64,000 nt of DNA from Sphaerodactylus townsendi (lineage: Eukaryota): positions 33,108,001 to 33,172,000 of the forward strand of contig NC_059437.1 in the NCBI RefSeq assembly GCF_021028975.2, given 5' to 3'. The notes below the pieces were generated by a model. The model saw only the letters and a list, made by a program, of their open reading frames with translations. It was not told the origin of the DNA and ran no database searches. The translations under genes and the position numbers were made by a program. This document shows, one piece after another, positions 11,207 through 23,200 of this stretch; positions within the stretch are counted from its first letter, which is position 1; every line of letters starts with the position of its first letter.

Positions 11207-14200
11207 GTGAGTTTACAAAGCAAAGGAAACTTTGCCAACAATTTCATTTAACGGTGCTAATGCGAAAGGCATGTGGTTGCACGGAGAAGAATTCTGGGTC
11301 AAATCCCTGATTAATTCTCTGAATGTCCCATTTATTACCATTTTGCCCTTACAGTAGGATCTTTGACTAAAAGGACCAAGTGGTTGGAGGTATTTGTGGA
11401 AGAAATCCAAACAACTGCAGGTCTCTGTGGCAGGTGGGATCAGGCATTCAGGCCCTCCACTAAATATCGCTGTTGCTGATGCTCTCCCGTGACTGTGTGA
11501 ATTAATTCTCTGGAAGTCGGTTGTAGTTAGTTGGCTTAATGAAAGTTTACTGCTGAAGAATAACCAAGGATGCAGAATTTTCTGCTTCAACTCTGAATTG
11601 GGCTAACTGGAATCTATCCACTAACAGGACAAGCTGAAGGGAGAAACAAAGAGATGAGATTTCTGGCTATTTGATCTCAGGATCTGAGAGAGTTTGTTTT
11701 CCTTCTAAAATAACTTTTATTGAAAAGTATGCAGTAAGAAACATGGAGTTGATGGTGAGGAGGTCTTTTTACGAATTAGCTCTGTCAAAATAGTAGTAGT
11801 GTTCATTCAAAGTGTTCGTACAACAGTAGTGTTCATACAAAGTGCTACAATGTGTAAGTTGTTTAGTCTTCAGCGATTAGTTTGGTTAAATTCAGAACAG
11901 TCACGTAGATATTGTTATTATTATTCTATGCTTGTGTGGGTATTGTTATTAATAATAAACTTTTATAGTATGCACATGGAAATGTCATATGGAGAGGAAG
12001 AGAAGGAGTTTGTAAGCCTCTTTGAGGCTCCTTACAGATGAGAAAAGCAGGGTGTAAGTTCAAATTCTCTTCTTCTGAAGCAGTAACAATACCCTTCTAG
12101 AAGGACTTGATATTTCATTTCATTTATTGTGACTGTGATTCAGGAAAGAAAGACAGGTGTGTTTGTGCAGGGAGGGAGAAGTGTTATTCATTATAACTAG
12201 CTAGGACTAATGTGTTGGACAGCAGCTTTAGTTTAAACACTGGACAAGTTACCTTTTCTAAAGAGCTAGATCCTCAAAGAAGCTGCCCGCTTTGGGCAGA
12301 TTCAAGAGGCTTGGTAGGAGGACAGGAGAGTGTGTTTCCACCAACGACAACCAATCAGATCCTTCCAGCATCATTCTGTGACTATCTAAACTAGACATAC
12401 AAGAAGAGCCACCAAGTCTCCCATTCTTCCTCCCTCCTCCTTGATTCTGTCATTTCTGCCACCTCTGGGAGACCCCTGGGGTTGTCTTGTAGAACTGAAG
12501 GGAAGCCTCTTATTCAGATCCAGTGAAGCCCCACAAGTTGGGATTTCTGTGTCCGTCAGTGCATCTGAACGGGCAGAGTTGGAACATGTCCCAAACAAAG
12601 AAGGTATCAGGTGAAGCAAAACACAGAGAGTGAGAGAGAGCACGCAAGAGAGAGAGGTTTATGCTACCAGCTCATCGATGATACTACTATCTCAATGACA
12701 GCAGCTGTGGCATGCCAGAGATTTGACTTATTCACTTCTTCAGTCTGGAGTTGGCACCACATGAGCAAGTGCTCAGAAAAGCAGAGACACAGTAGTGCCA
12801 GGTTGCCAAATTCAGGAGGAGGCACGGCTCATAAAGCATGATAGTTCAGCAGTGCACATGAGCAATAACAATATGAAAACAACTTTTATCACATGAGCTT
12901 TGTGGAATGACAACACCAGTGACTGAGCCACTTGCTGTGTTGTTGCTCAAAGTTCTCAGCAAGTCAATCTTATGTACCACATGGAGAGAGTTTATCTACC
13001 AGACCAAGATCCACCCAGTCACTCCCAGTTTCCCAGCATTCACACACCTTGCTTTTGACCATGAACCTGCAGGGGCGCTGCGTGCACAATGACAATGCTT
13101 ATGCTTATCAGATGGGATGCCACCTTTCCTAGTGCTTAATGCAAAGAAGGGAGAGACCACCTGACTTCTCATTCGGCTTGTGCTGCAGATGAAAGTTGGG
13201 ACAAGAAGTTGAACTCTTGATCTTGGCTTCATTCACATCCAACACAACCTGTGAACAATAAATTAGAAATGTTATTCACATTGACTCCCTATTGATTGCC
13301 AGCCAACTCCATGTGCAGGGTGAAATTTCTGATCTTGCATCAAGAGTTTTATTCGTTATTATGACTATTATTATTAATTTGACTTATTACCCAACTCTCA
13401 CCTGCCATGGCAGTGCTGATATTGTCATGGGAAATCTGCTAGGGTTTGAGGTTAATCTGATTCAAGAAGTAGCTGCTACAGATGCAGATGGGAGGTCTGC
13501 AACCCTTTCTGGTTGATTAGCTGCACTAGCAGCCACCAACTCCAGGCAATAAGGATGGTTCCTGCAAGCTCAAGAGCCAGAGGCCGGGCAAGATTCAGAC
13601 AGGGGAGCAAGTTTCCTTCCTGTGAGATGCAACCAGAATTTCCAGAGGGAGGGAGCCTGCAGGACCCCTGACTCAGTGCTTTGTCTCCTGACTTTTCCCC
13701 CCACCTCCCACCCCACATAACTGGAGGCAAAACGGAGGTAAAATTCTTGTGAGCCCTGCTATCTCCTTTCTTGTGGAGGGAGGCATTCTTTTTGTAGATC
13801 TCAGAAATCTGACTGGTTCTGAAGCGCTGGCTGGCAAACAGTTCAGGGAATTAATTGGGCGTGGGTGGTAGACAATAGAAAGTAAGTATTTCCATTCTCT
13901 TAACAGCCTCCTCTCCCAACATCTCTAATGAAAGTCCCCTTGATTTCCAAGCCTCCAGTCACCTCCTGTTTCCCACTGGTCCAAAGCTTGGTCTGAGTCT
14001 GAGAATGATAAGTGTTTCCTTGGTAACGAGACGTGGAGCTTCACTCTGGGAGGATGCTCAGATCCTGGGGGCTTGGAAGAACCTGTAGCGTGAGCCAGAT
14101 ATACATAAGATGGAGTGGGGGTGGGGCAATTGTATGTCTGGCATAGCGAACTTAAATCTCTCCTGGTACAGGAGGCCACTCAAAATACCACACTGGATGG

Positions 14201-17200
14201 CATCTCATGTCCACTAAAATATCCTTTTAAAAACTATTACATTAAGCCATGAGAGAGAGAGGGGAGGGGGAGATGATTCCTTAGCTCTGCAGCCCCAAGG
14301 TTAATATCAGTATCCAATCAGTATCCAGGACTTCTACCTTCTGCTACTCCACAGAGAGCCCATGTTGGTACATTATTGGGGGGGGGGGGGATGCAGTTGG
14401 AGCTGAAAATTCTTTCCACCCCATCTGTTCAGTGGACTAAGGGTATTATTTAACATTGACCAGGCAGAGATCACTTGATGGACAGTCTTGCTATCCTGTC
14501 ATCCCATCCAAAGTCCAGGGATTACCTTGAAACATTCAGCAAACTATCCAGTACCCTTTAGAATTCCTGAAGCTTGATTTCATTTACATGGGTCCCATGG
14601 CAGTCCAAGAAATCTTTGTGGAGTTCAAGATCTAATTACCCGATTTGGGATCCTCCCAGTCATTGACTGGTGGTCATTCATGTCTGAGACTGGCACAGCC
14701 ATGGTAGTGGTTCTGAAGTAATCCCGTTTTAAACTTGACTTTAAATCTATCTTTTGTTATATTAGCAAAGGACAGATGCAGCTTCCCTGAAGTGAAATCT
14801 TTACTCAGCCCTATCCCCACAAACAGAAAGTCAACAGTAGCCCCAAATGATGGCTTGAAGCAGCTGGAGACAGAAAGGTTTGGGTTCAATTATATTCATG
14901 GGCTTCGCTATACTCCTCCGTCTCCCCTCATGATTGACCAAGCTCTTTCTGAACTCTCATAAGGACATAAGGACATAAGAACAAGCCAGCTGGATCAGAC
15001 CAAAGTCCATCTAGTCCAGCTCTCTGCTACTTGCAGTGGCCCACCAGGTGCCTTTGGGAGCTCTCCTGCGCTTTCTGGTGAATACCAGCTTCTAATGCAG
15101 TATGTCTTGAGACCAAGCAGACAAGTCTTCCTGTATGATACTGAGATCCACAAATGCCAGTGGATCCTGGTTCTAAAAATCCTCATCTGCCACAAGGAGG
15201 TTTCTGTTTCCTTTGAGGCACCTTTTCTGGCCTGGTTGACAGAGATTTCTGTCTCTCCTTTCTAGATTCTGGCCTACTATAAACTCCAGGAGGCTCAGGG
15301 ATTTTGTTTGTGTTCAAGGGCTCACCTTCCTGCAGTTTGAGGTCGGTTAAAGGGGTTGAAACTGGATGCCCAAACAGAGTTTTCAGGGGAAAGATGATGT
15401 TTTTTGTGTTCTCACAGACCTCTCTTCCTCCTGTACTCCAGTCATTTCCTGGCAAAGAAGTCCTCCAAGTGTTTCCCTCTTCAGCCCATTTTTAACTGGG
15501 AGCAGAAATTGTTCTGGGATGGGCTTTATAGGCCTTGACAGATAGACAGTGATGTCATTTAATATTTTAAGATTTTCAGATCCTTTTCATTTTAAAGCAG
15601 TGATCAGTGAAAAGGTCGTCCCAAGAGCCAGGAGTCATTTGGGTTTTCAAGGGTTATATTTTAGGCTACATTTACTAGATTCCAATACAGGGTTCTATTC
15701 TGATTGTCCTGTATGGCCTACAACTTTAATCCACCTATAATGAATGTAGTCCTTTTCTCCTCTTCCTCGCCTCACCCCACATATCCCCAGGCAGACCAAG
15801 AGCTTGGCCAGAAGCCTGGATGGGGGGAGCGGAGATGAAGCCCCCAGCCCACCCAGTACTGGCCAGGAATATTTACTAGCTCAGCGTAAGTTCCTGATAG
15901 GCAGCATTGCTCACTATTTTATTCTTCGAATCCCACACACTTGAAGTCCAAACCTGAATAAAAATGGAAGGACTGAATGTGCAGAAGAAGCTGTATTTTC
16001 CTTCTGGCTCCAACAATATCTGTTTTTGTTGTTCTTGCTATGGTTTTGTCTTTTAGTCTCCAGGACATACATTTATCCTTTTAATCCTGCTGCATTAAAT
16101 TCAGTTGACAAGTATAGATCTTTTTTTTTTAAAGATGGAGATAAAAGGACATTGACATGGCAGGAAAAAGGAAAGGGATCCTGAAATGGAATCTTAGTCC
16201 CATCGTCTTCCAAAGGGCCTGCTCCCCTGCCCCATCTTGTACCAGCCAGGGTTACCCTTGGCTCCCACACACCTCATCAACGGGAGCTCTGTTTCTGTGG
16301 GGGAAGCCTGAGCCAGCAGGGCCGGGGTAGGAGGGCCAGGGAGGCAGGGAGCCAGGCTCGGAGGCTCATCCTCTTGTCTCGTGTCCATTGTTCTGCCTCT
16401 GAACACAAAGCTGCGGATTGTGTTCAGACAAGGGACTCTTTCTCTCACCTCCTCCTTCCAATCTCCTCCCTCTTCTTCTGAACCCCCAGATTCCAGCTCT
16501 GTGCTTACGGGGCCTGCAGCTTTGAGCTGCATCCCAGAGCCCTGGCAGCCAGCAAGTAAATGAGGAAAGCCAAGAATTTGTGCCAAATGGACCAAAAAAA
16601 GAGATAACTTTGTCCTTCTGTTCTGAGAACAACTGCAACATGGTGCCATCTGTGCCAGGGTCTAAGGTGGGGTTACCAAGGCATGCTTGACGGGTGAGGG
16701 TCCAAGCCCTTGCCTTGTTCATGTGCAGAATCAGGCCAGCAAAATACAGACAGTGTGGATTACAAGAGCATCCAGGTGCAGTTCTCTAGCTTCAACACTG
16801 AACTGGAAATGGTTTGATCAAGCACCTGCCAGGTAGAAGCTGCGCCATTCATCATCTCCCTTAATGGCTTAAATGGAGCGACGGACTGGTCGCTTGTTAA
16901 AGATGTCCATGACGCTGTGAGGATGCTTCATGGAAATGTCATTCTGTTACCAACCTATTATCTGAAAACACTTTAAGGGTACTAGGAATACAACCTGTTC
17001 AGCCTGACAAGACTGTTTGGGCATTCAGAGTTCAGTTTTGGGTACCAGAATACAAGACAGGGTTTCTGAGAAATCTGCAAGGTGATATAGACCCCAGGGA
17101 CAGGTTGCATTTGGAGAAACTGGAGGAACAGTGCATGTTCAGGCTGAAGAAAAAAGGATGAAGGAAATGAAAGGGAAGAGACAGAATAACTTATCAAAGC

Positions 17201-20200
17201 AGTAGACGGTCATCTTTGCCAGGGAATGTTGCCACATTTCTAGAAAGGCCAGAAAAGAAATGAATGAAAAATCAGGCAGGTTCAGCTCATCTAGAAACTT
17301 CTATAACCCTGTTGGCAAATCCAAAAGTCTGTGTGAATTGGGTTACAGTCTAAAAATTGCTTTAAATTACAAGGAGGGTTTTGGGGGGTATTTTTTGGTG
17401 AGACACAGCAGTGTTCTAGATGGGGTAATGCAACCACGGTTCCCACCCTGGACACAGATCTGTGACATACCCATCAAATAAATGGGTTGAAATGAAAGGC
17501 CATTCTGCCAACCACTGTCAAAGTTGTTCAGTTTTCACAACCACTGAACCCTTCTTTTCGACCTCTGATTGTTTGAGGTTTGGGGTGAAACAGGTCTTTA
17601 AACAGCAGACAATTTGGTTTGCTACTACTACACACTTGTCTAAAGTAGTTTGAAAGTGGTTTCTAAAGTCAAGTCACAACAGTATTCTTGGTGAAATAGT
17701 CCAGCGATTTGTCTGCTGTGGATAATGTGATCTTTAGATATGTGTTAAGATCTCATGAGAAGCAGGGCAGTCGTTGCTGGGAAGCGCAGACCTAGAAACT
17801 GACGCGCAACCTGGTAGAGGCTGTACGGGGAGTATGATGAGAACCTGGGAGACAAATTGGGTGAAAGCACACCAAAGAAGCTTTGCATGGTGGACTTTGG
17901 AAGAAATCAGATGAGAGGAAGGTATAAGCTGACTTTAGAAGGAGAATAACTGTTTAGGTCACAGTGTGCATTGTGCATTGAGGATGGCTCTCGCAGTGCT
18001 GATGGTAAGAGAGCCCAATGAAGTTACTCCAAACTGACTGGAGAAAAGTGGGGAGGTCCCTTGGGGCCACCTTGGCTGCCAGCCCAGAACAAGGGCGACC
18101 AAAAAGCTAACTGCAAGCCTTTGACCACCCACTTTGTGCCCATCGCCTCCTTCAAGCCACTCCGAAGCCCGAACAGATGCCATACATGGAAAGTGCTGGC
18201 CTTGTGGTGGCTAGCTCCACACAGTGCTTTGGAGGGGGCTGCTCCTAAAGAAGGCTGAGGGAATAGGCCTCCCATTGTTCTCTGTTTGTCTCCTCTTGCC
18301 CCTGGTCCAGCCCTCCCCAGAGCAGAGAGAATACTGATGAGCTTATCCAAGCCTGGTGAGGAAGAACAAGCCCCCTCTTGTCCTTTGTGCCACCAAGAGA
18401 TCAGTACAAGCGGTGACCTTGGCCCTTGGTCCCATCAGTTTCTGATGGGCTCATTCTTCAGGGGGCGAGAAAAACACTCTGGGGACAAAGAGGGAGGGAG
18501 GGAGGGAGAGAGAAAGAGAAGAGCCATGGGAAGGAAGCATTGCTATGTGGCTTGGACTGAACCCCAGCACCTCTCAGAGGCAGTGAGGAATGGGGGGAGA
18601 GGGCCATAGATCCTTGGGGACTCCAGGGACTCCTGTCCCCAGAGCTAGTGGGAGGAGGGAGCGTGGGTTTTCCACACTATGTTGAGCATTCTTAGGTTTA
18701 CTGTTGTATTTTTTATAATATAGATAATGTTAGTGATGTGCCTGAGCCAAAACCCCAGAGCCAAACACCTCCACAAACTACGGGTCCTCAGAATCCAAAC
18801 CTGGATCCAGTTCCAGAACCGAGTTTTCCAGGTAGCCCTTATCTCCATCCCAACCTTTGAAAACCTAGAGCCAAAAGCTATTCCTCACACTGTAGGGTCT
18901 GGACAGGGCAGGACAGCTGTGTCTCCTCATCTGCACTGCCCAATTCCCCTTGCAAAATGTACTTTGGAGGGAGCTCAGCCCTTCCCAGCTGAGAGCTCAG
19001 GCAGGTTCAATTTCCCATGTCCTGACATGCTAAGTGGCTCCCTTGTGAAGAGCATCTTTTAGGCAGAGCTCCTAAAGGGATGCCTCATCCAACAGTTGTT
19101 GAAATCCCAGAGGGCAGGACTGAGCTGTTATTTTTTGACTCCTTGACAATTGGTTGGGATGGCTTCGCTTAGTTTAGCTTGGCTCTTTGCTGCTGTCAGT
19201 CAAGATTAATTCTTAAGCCTTTTCTGCTTGCTTCCCCCAAAGTCCACCAGTGGGCATATCCATATCCCCAAATGCAACAGAGACAGAGTGTGGTGCTAAC
19301 CCAGGTGGATACAAGCTGGGACTCAAGTTTTTGGGATGCCACAGTGCTGATCCACACAAGGGGACCTGTGGTGCAATTTCAGGGGTCTGCAGCAGCACAA
19401 AGCTCTGCCTTGAGATTGAACTTCTCTAACACCAAAGCAGCTTTGTTGAAGTGCTAACAAAGTATCTTGTATTTGCCTTATTGATCAGAAAGCAAGCAAT
19501 ACACTCATGGGCAAAAAAAAGGTCTCTGAATGACCAACCAACTGGGCTTTCTTTTGTCTGCATCATGTGTCAGCATTATCCTCATCCAGGAATATTTGTA
19601 TAGCCTGGTTCAACTTTCACTGCCTTCCTCAACTTTTCCTACCTCCTTAAACTTTTAGTACCACATAGGATAGGTGTGGTCTGAGACTCAGCCACAGCAG
19701 CTCTGGAGGTCACTCCCAATTCTAAATTCCTTCTGGAACCCTGCCCAACTGGTCCTATTGATCTTGGATCCTTAAATCATGAGATTGGCTTGAAAACCAT
19801 GAGGCTTTAAAAGATCCAAAAGTTTGCAAGCATAGTGATGTGCCTGTAACAAAACCCCAAGACCAAATACCTCCTCCAAACTGTGATTAAGAAAGCTTTA
19901 AAGGGGTTCCCAGCTAGCCTTAAGTGAAGTTTAGGTGGGTCTTCTGTCTTCAAGTGAAAAGAAAGATCACGAAGGGCGTCTCACCCTTTCCACTTCAGTT
20001 TGTGCTTCTCGTTTGCTGCAGGAGCTGGCAGCTTTCCTTTAGAGAGTGAAGCTCCTGTTGAGTTCTTACCTGAGAGATTTGTATTTAGGTTCTTCTGAAA
20101 TACAGGTTTATTATAAGTGGACTACCATGCCATGGGACATTTCCCTTTCTCCCTTCTGTCTCATTCCTGTATTAATATGCTTTCTTTTGACTGCTACCAC

Positions 20201-23200
20201 CACATACATTTCCTCTCCCCCAAAACTGTTCTCTCTCATACGTGATAGTCTGTGAGTTCTGGGATGCTGATGGGATCTCTCTTTTCTTCCCACAGGTTTG
20301 TTAGATTGCTGTGCGAGATGTCTTATTGGGGCACCTTTTGCCTCGCTGGTTGCCACTGGGTTGTGTTTCTTGGGGGTAGCACTCTTTTGTGGCTGTGGGC
20401 ATGAGGCCCTTACTGGCACAGAGCACCTGATCGAGACCTACTTCTCCAAAAACTATCAGGATTATGAGTTTCTGGTCGATGTGTAAGTATCCTCTCCATG
20501 ACTGACATTCCTATATCCCATTCTGGCCAACGCTACTTCTAGGCTGAAGAAACAACACTAAGCCCTACTGTTTCCCACCTGACTTGTAACACCATTTAAG
20601 CCCCTGCAATCTTAGTTCAACCCAAACTGAATGCCTTGGTGTAATTATGCTAAGGGAGTCCCATTTGGAAAACCTACATGGCCAGTCCCATTTGAAGACC
20701 AGGTACTCAACAGTCCTTGGTGAGACACTCCAAAATGGTCACAGATGTTTCAGGGGATTGTTCTGAAACATATATGTACATTGCTAAGTCACCCCACTGG
20801 TAGTCTGAGGGATGGCTAGCCCACGGGCCTTTGGCACCCTACAACCTTTCATTTATGAGAGATATCTTGTATAAATAGAGGGAAAATCAGTTCCTTAAAG
20901 CCTAGCACCTTAGGAAACAACCTAGTTTGCCTATATAATCTAGTAGCTGATTCTGGGTGTCCCTGGCCCACTTACAAGCAGTTGCTGGTTCCTGAACTCT
21001 GCAGAGTTGCTGAATTAGTCCTTGTGAGGACATGCTGAGATTGTTATGCTCCTTCATCATATATTTATTGCTCAGGTGTGTTTTCTGTTGGATCTTTAAT
21101 AGTGTGATAGGCATGGAGGACTCAAACCAGTTCTTTCTGCCAGGCAGAATGTGTCTTTACAGTCTCTGCTTTACAAGGCCATCGTTTTACCCATGCTCAA
21201 GCCTAGATGGCTTCTCATCACAAAGTGGGCCTCCTTTGGGAATCCAGGTTACACTATCCTCCTTTTTTCCCTCCCTCTTCCATGGTCTAGGACCATCCTC
21301 AGAACTCCCCTAAACTCTTTTGATGGCTGAGCTAATAACAGGCTGTGCTGCAACCGAGTCTGGTTTCACTTCACTCAGAGTCTAAAGAGTTTTTCATCAG
21401 TCAAATATTAGAACCAGAATTGATGTTTTTTTTTTTAAAAAAAAACCTTCCTCCCTTCTTTTATCTCTCTGCAGAATCCATGACTTCCAATATGCTATTT
21501 ATGGGGTTGCCGCTTTCTTTTTCCTCTTTGGAGCCCTCCTGCTGGCCGAAGGCTTTTACACCACCGGCGCTGTCAGGCAGATCTTTGGCGACTACAAGAC
21601 CACCATCTGTGGCAAGGGCCTCAGCGCTACGGTAACAGGGGGCCACAAGGGGAGGGGTCCCAGAGGACACCGTCAAGCTCACTCTTTGGAGCTGGTGTGT
21701 CACTGTTTGGGAAAATGGCTAGGACATCCTGACAAGGTGATCTTATGCAGAGTTTGCTTATCTTTTGAGCCACTTGAGTGGCATGGCCATTGACTGATGG
21801 GCATGAGATGACAGTGACTGGTGTGGCAGAGGCACCAGGCACTGGAGGGAGCAGCTGCACTGAACTGACGGCATCTTAGAAAGAAAACTGCACCAGGACT
21901 GCTCGCCCCCTTCCTTCGCTCCCCTCTGCTACTCCAGGATCAAATGCATCCCTTGTCATCACTATATAGACTCTCCCCAATTGTCACCTTTACTTTTATC
22001 CTTTCCCAATGCTAATTTGTTCACTTCTCTCCTATTCTACCTGCTCCATCATTTTCTTCCATGTTTTACCTGCCAGCCTCCTCCCTTCCGCCATTGCTTT
22101 GAAGCATCTCAACTTGCTTTGTAATTGCAATATTTAAAAGGAAGAGGGAACTGTGCCCAAATGTTCCCATGGACCAGGACAGCATATGGACCATATTCAT
22201 TGCAACAAGTCCTCCCATTAGTCGAATAGTCTGGAGCTAGGGCTACTAAGGAGTCCTGAATTTCCTGAAATGTCAGCCTCTAAGCGCTTTTTTTTTTAAA
22301 AAAAAAGATTGTTGCCAGTCTTTTTATCAAAGTCACATGCAGCGCTTGAACTATCTATAATAAAATTCCAGCTTCACGGCTGTTCAGCATGGGCAATTAG
22401 CTCAACCAAAAGTAGGTGGGAAAAGGGACTACAGTTCACAACTGATTGGCTGGGCATTTGGCTGCCCACATTCTTAAAATGGGCATTTCTGAGCCACTGC
22501 CTCACCATCAACTGTCCTTCTTGAACATGTGCACAGGTGAGGTATGTTTGGCAATTCTCCAAATCTAAGCTATGAAATGTACAAGTTCTTGAACTCTCCA
22601 CTGCTGCCCTGCTCCATAAAGAATATCAAGCTCTGTTTTCACCACAAACAAAAAGAGCAACAGTGAAAACTCCATTTGTGGTTGTACCAGGAAGAGGGAT
22701 TGGACTTCATGTCCACCTGACTGACAGAGAGTTAGTGCAAGCCTTTCTAAACAAGGAGTAAGAGTAGCATTCTTGACACCTCTGCATTAGAGCTGCTCGT
22801 TCAAAGGCTCAGTTTTGCAGCAGGCATTCAAAGTAGCTGGACTGCCTGTCACTTAGGGAGTAGAGTTGCTTCAGGAATGCCCATTTTAATTAGAACAAGA
22901 CCTCACAGCTTATGAACCAAGATTGGTTCAGACCAGGGGAGCCGAGCAGAACTAGTGTTATTTTCTCTTAAGACCGGTTTTATCAATGCACCTCTTGGGT
23001 CAGATGTTCAGTGCCAGGAGCACACAATTCATCATGCAACTAAACCACACACAAACACACAAATCACTCCCAAGACACAGATATCACAATTATACAAATT
23101 TTTGAGGTGAAAGCAAGTCCTGGGAAGCCCACCACAGAAGTGCAATCCAGCGGGGCACAGAAAGAATTCCTCAGTTATACACGTGTGTAATTGAGTGCTG

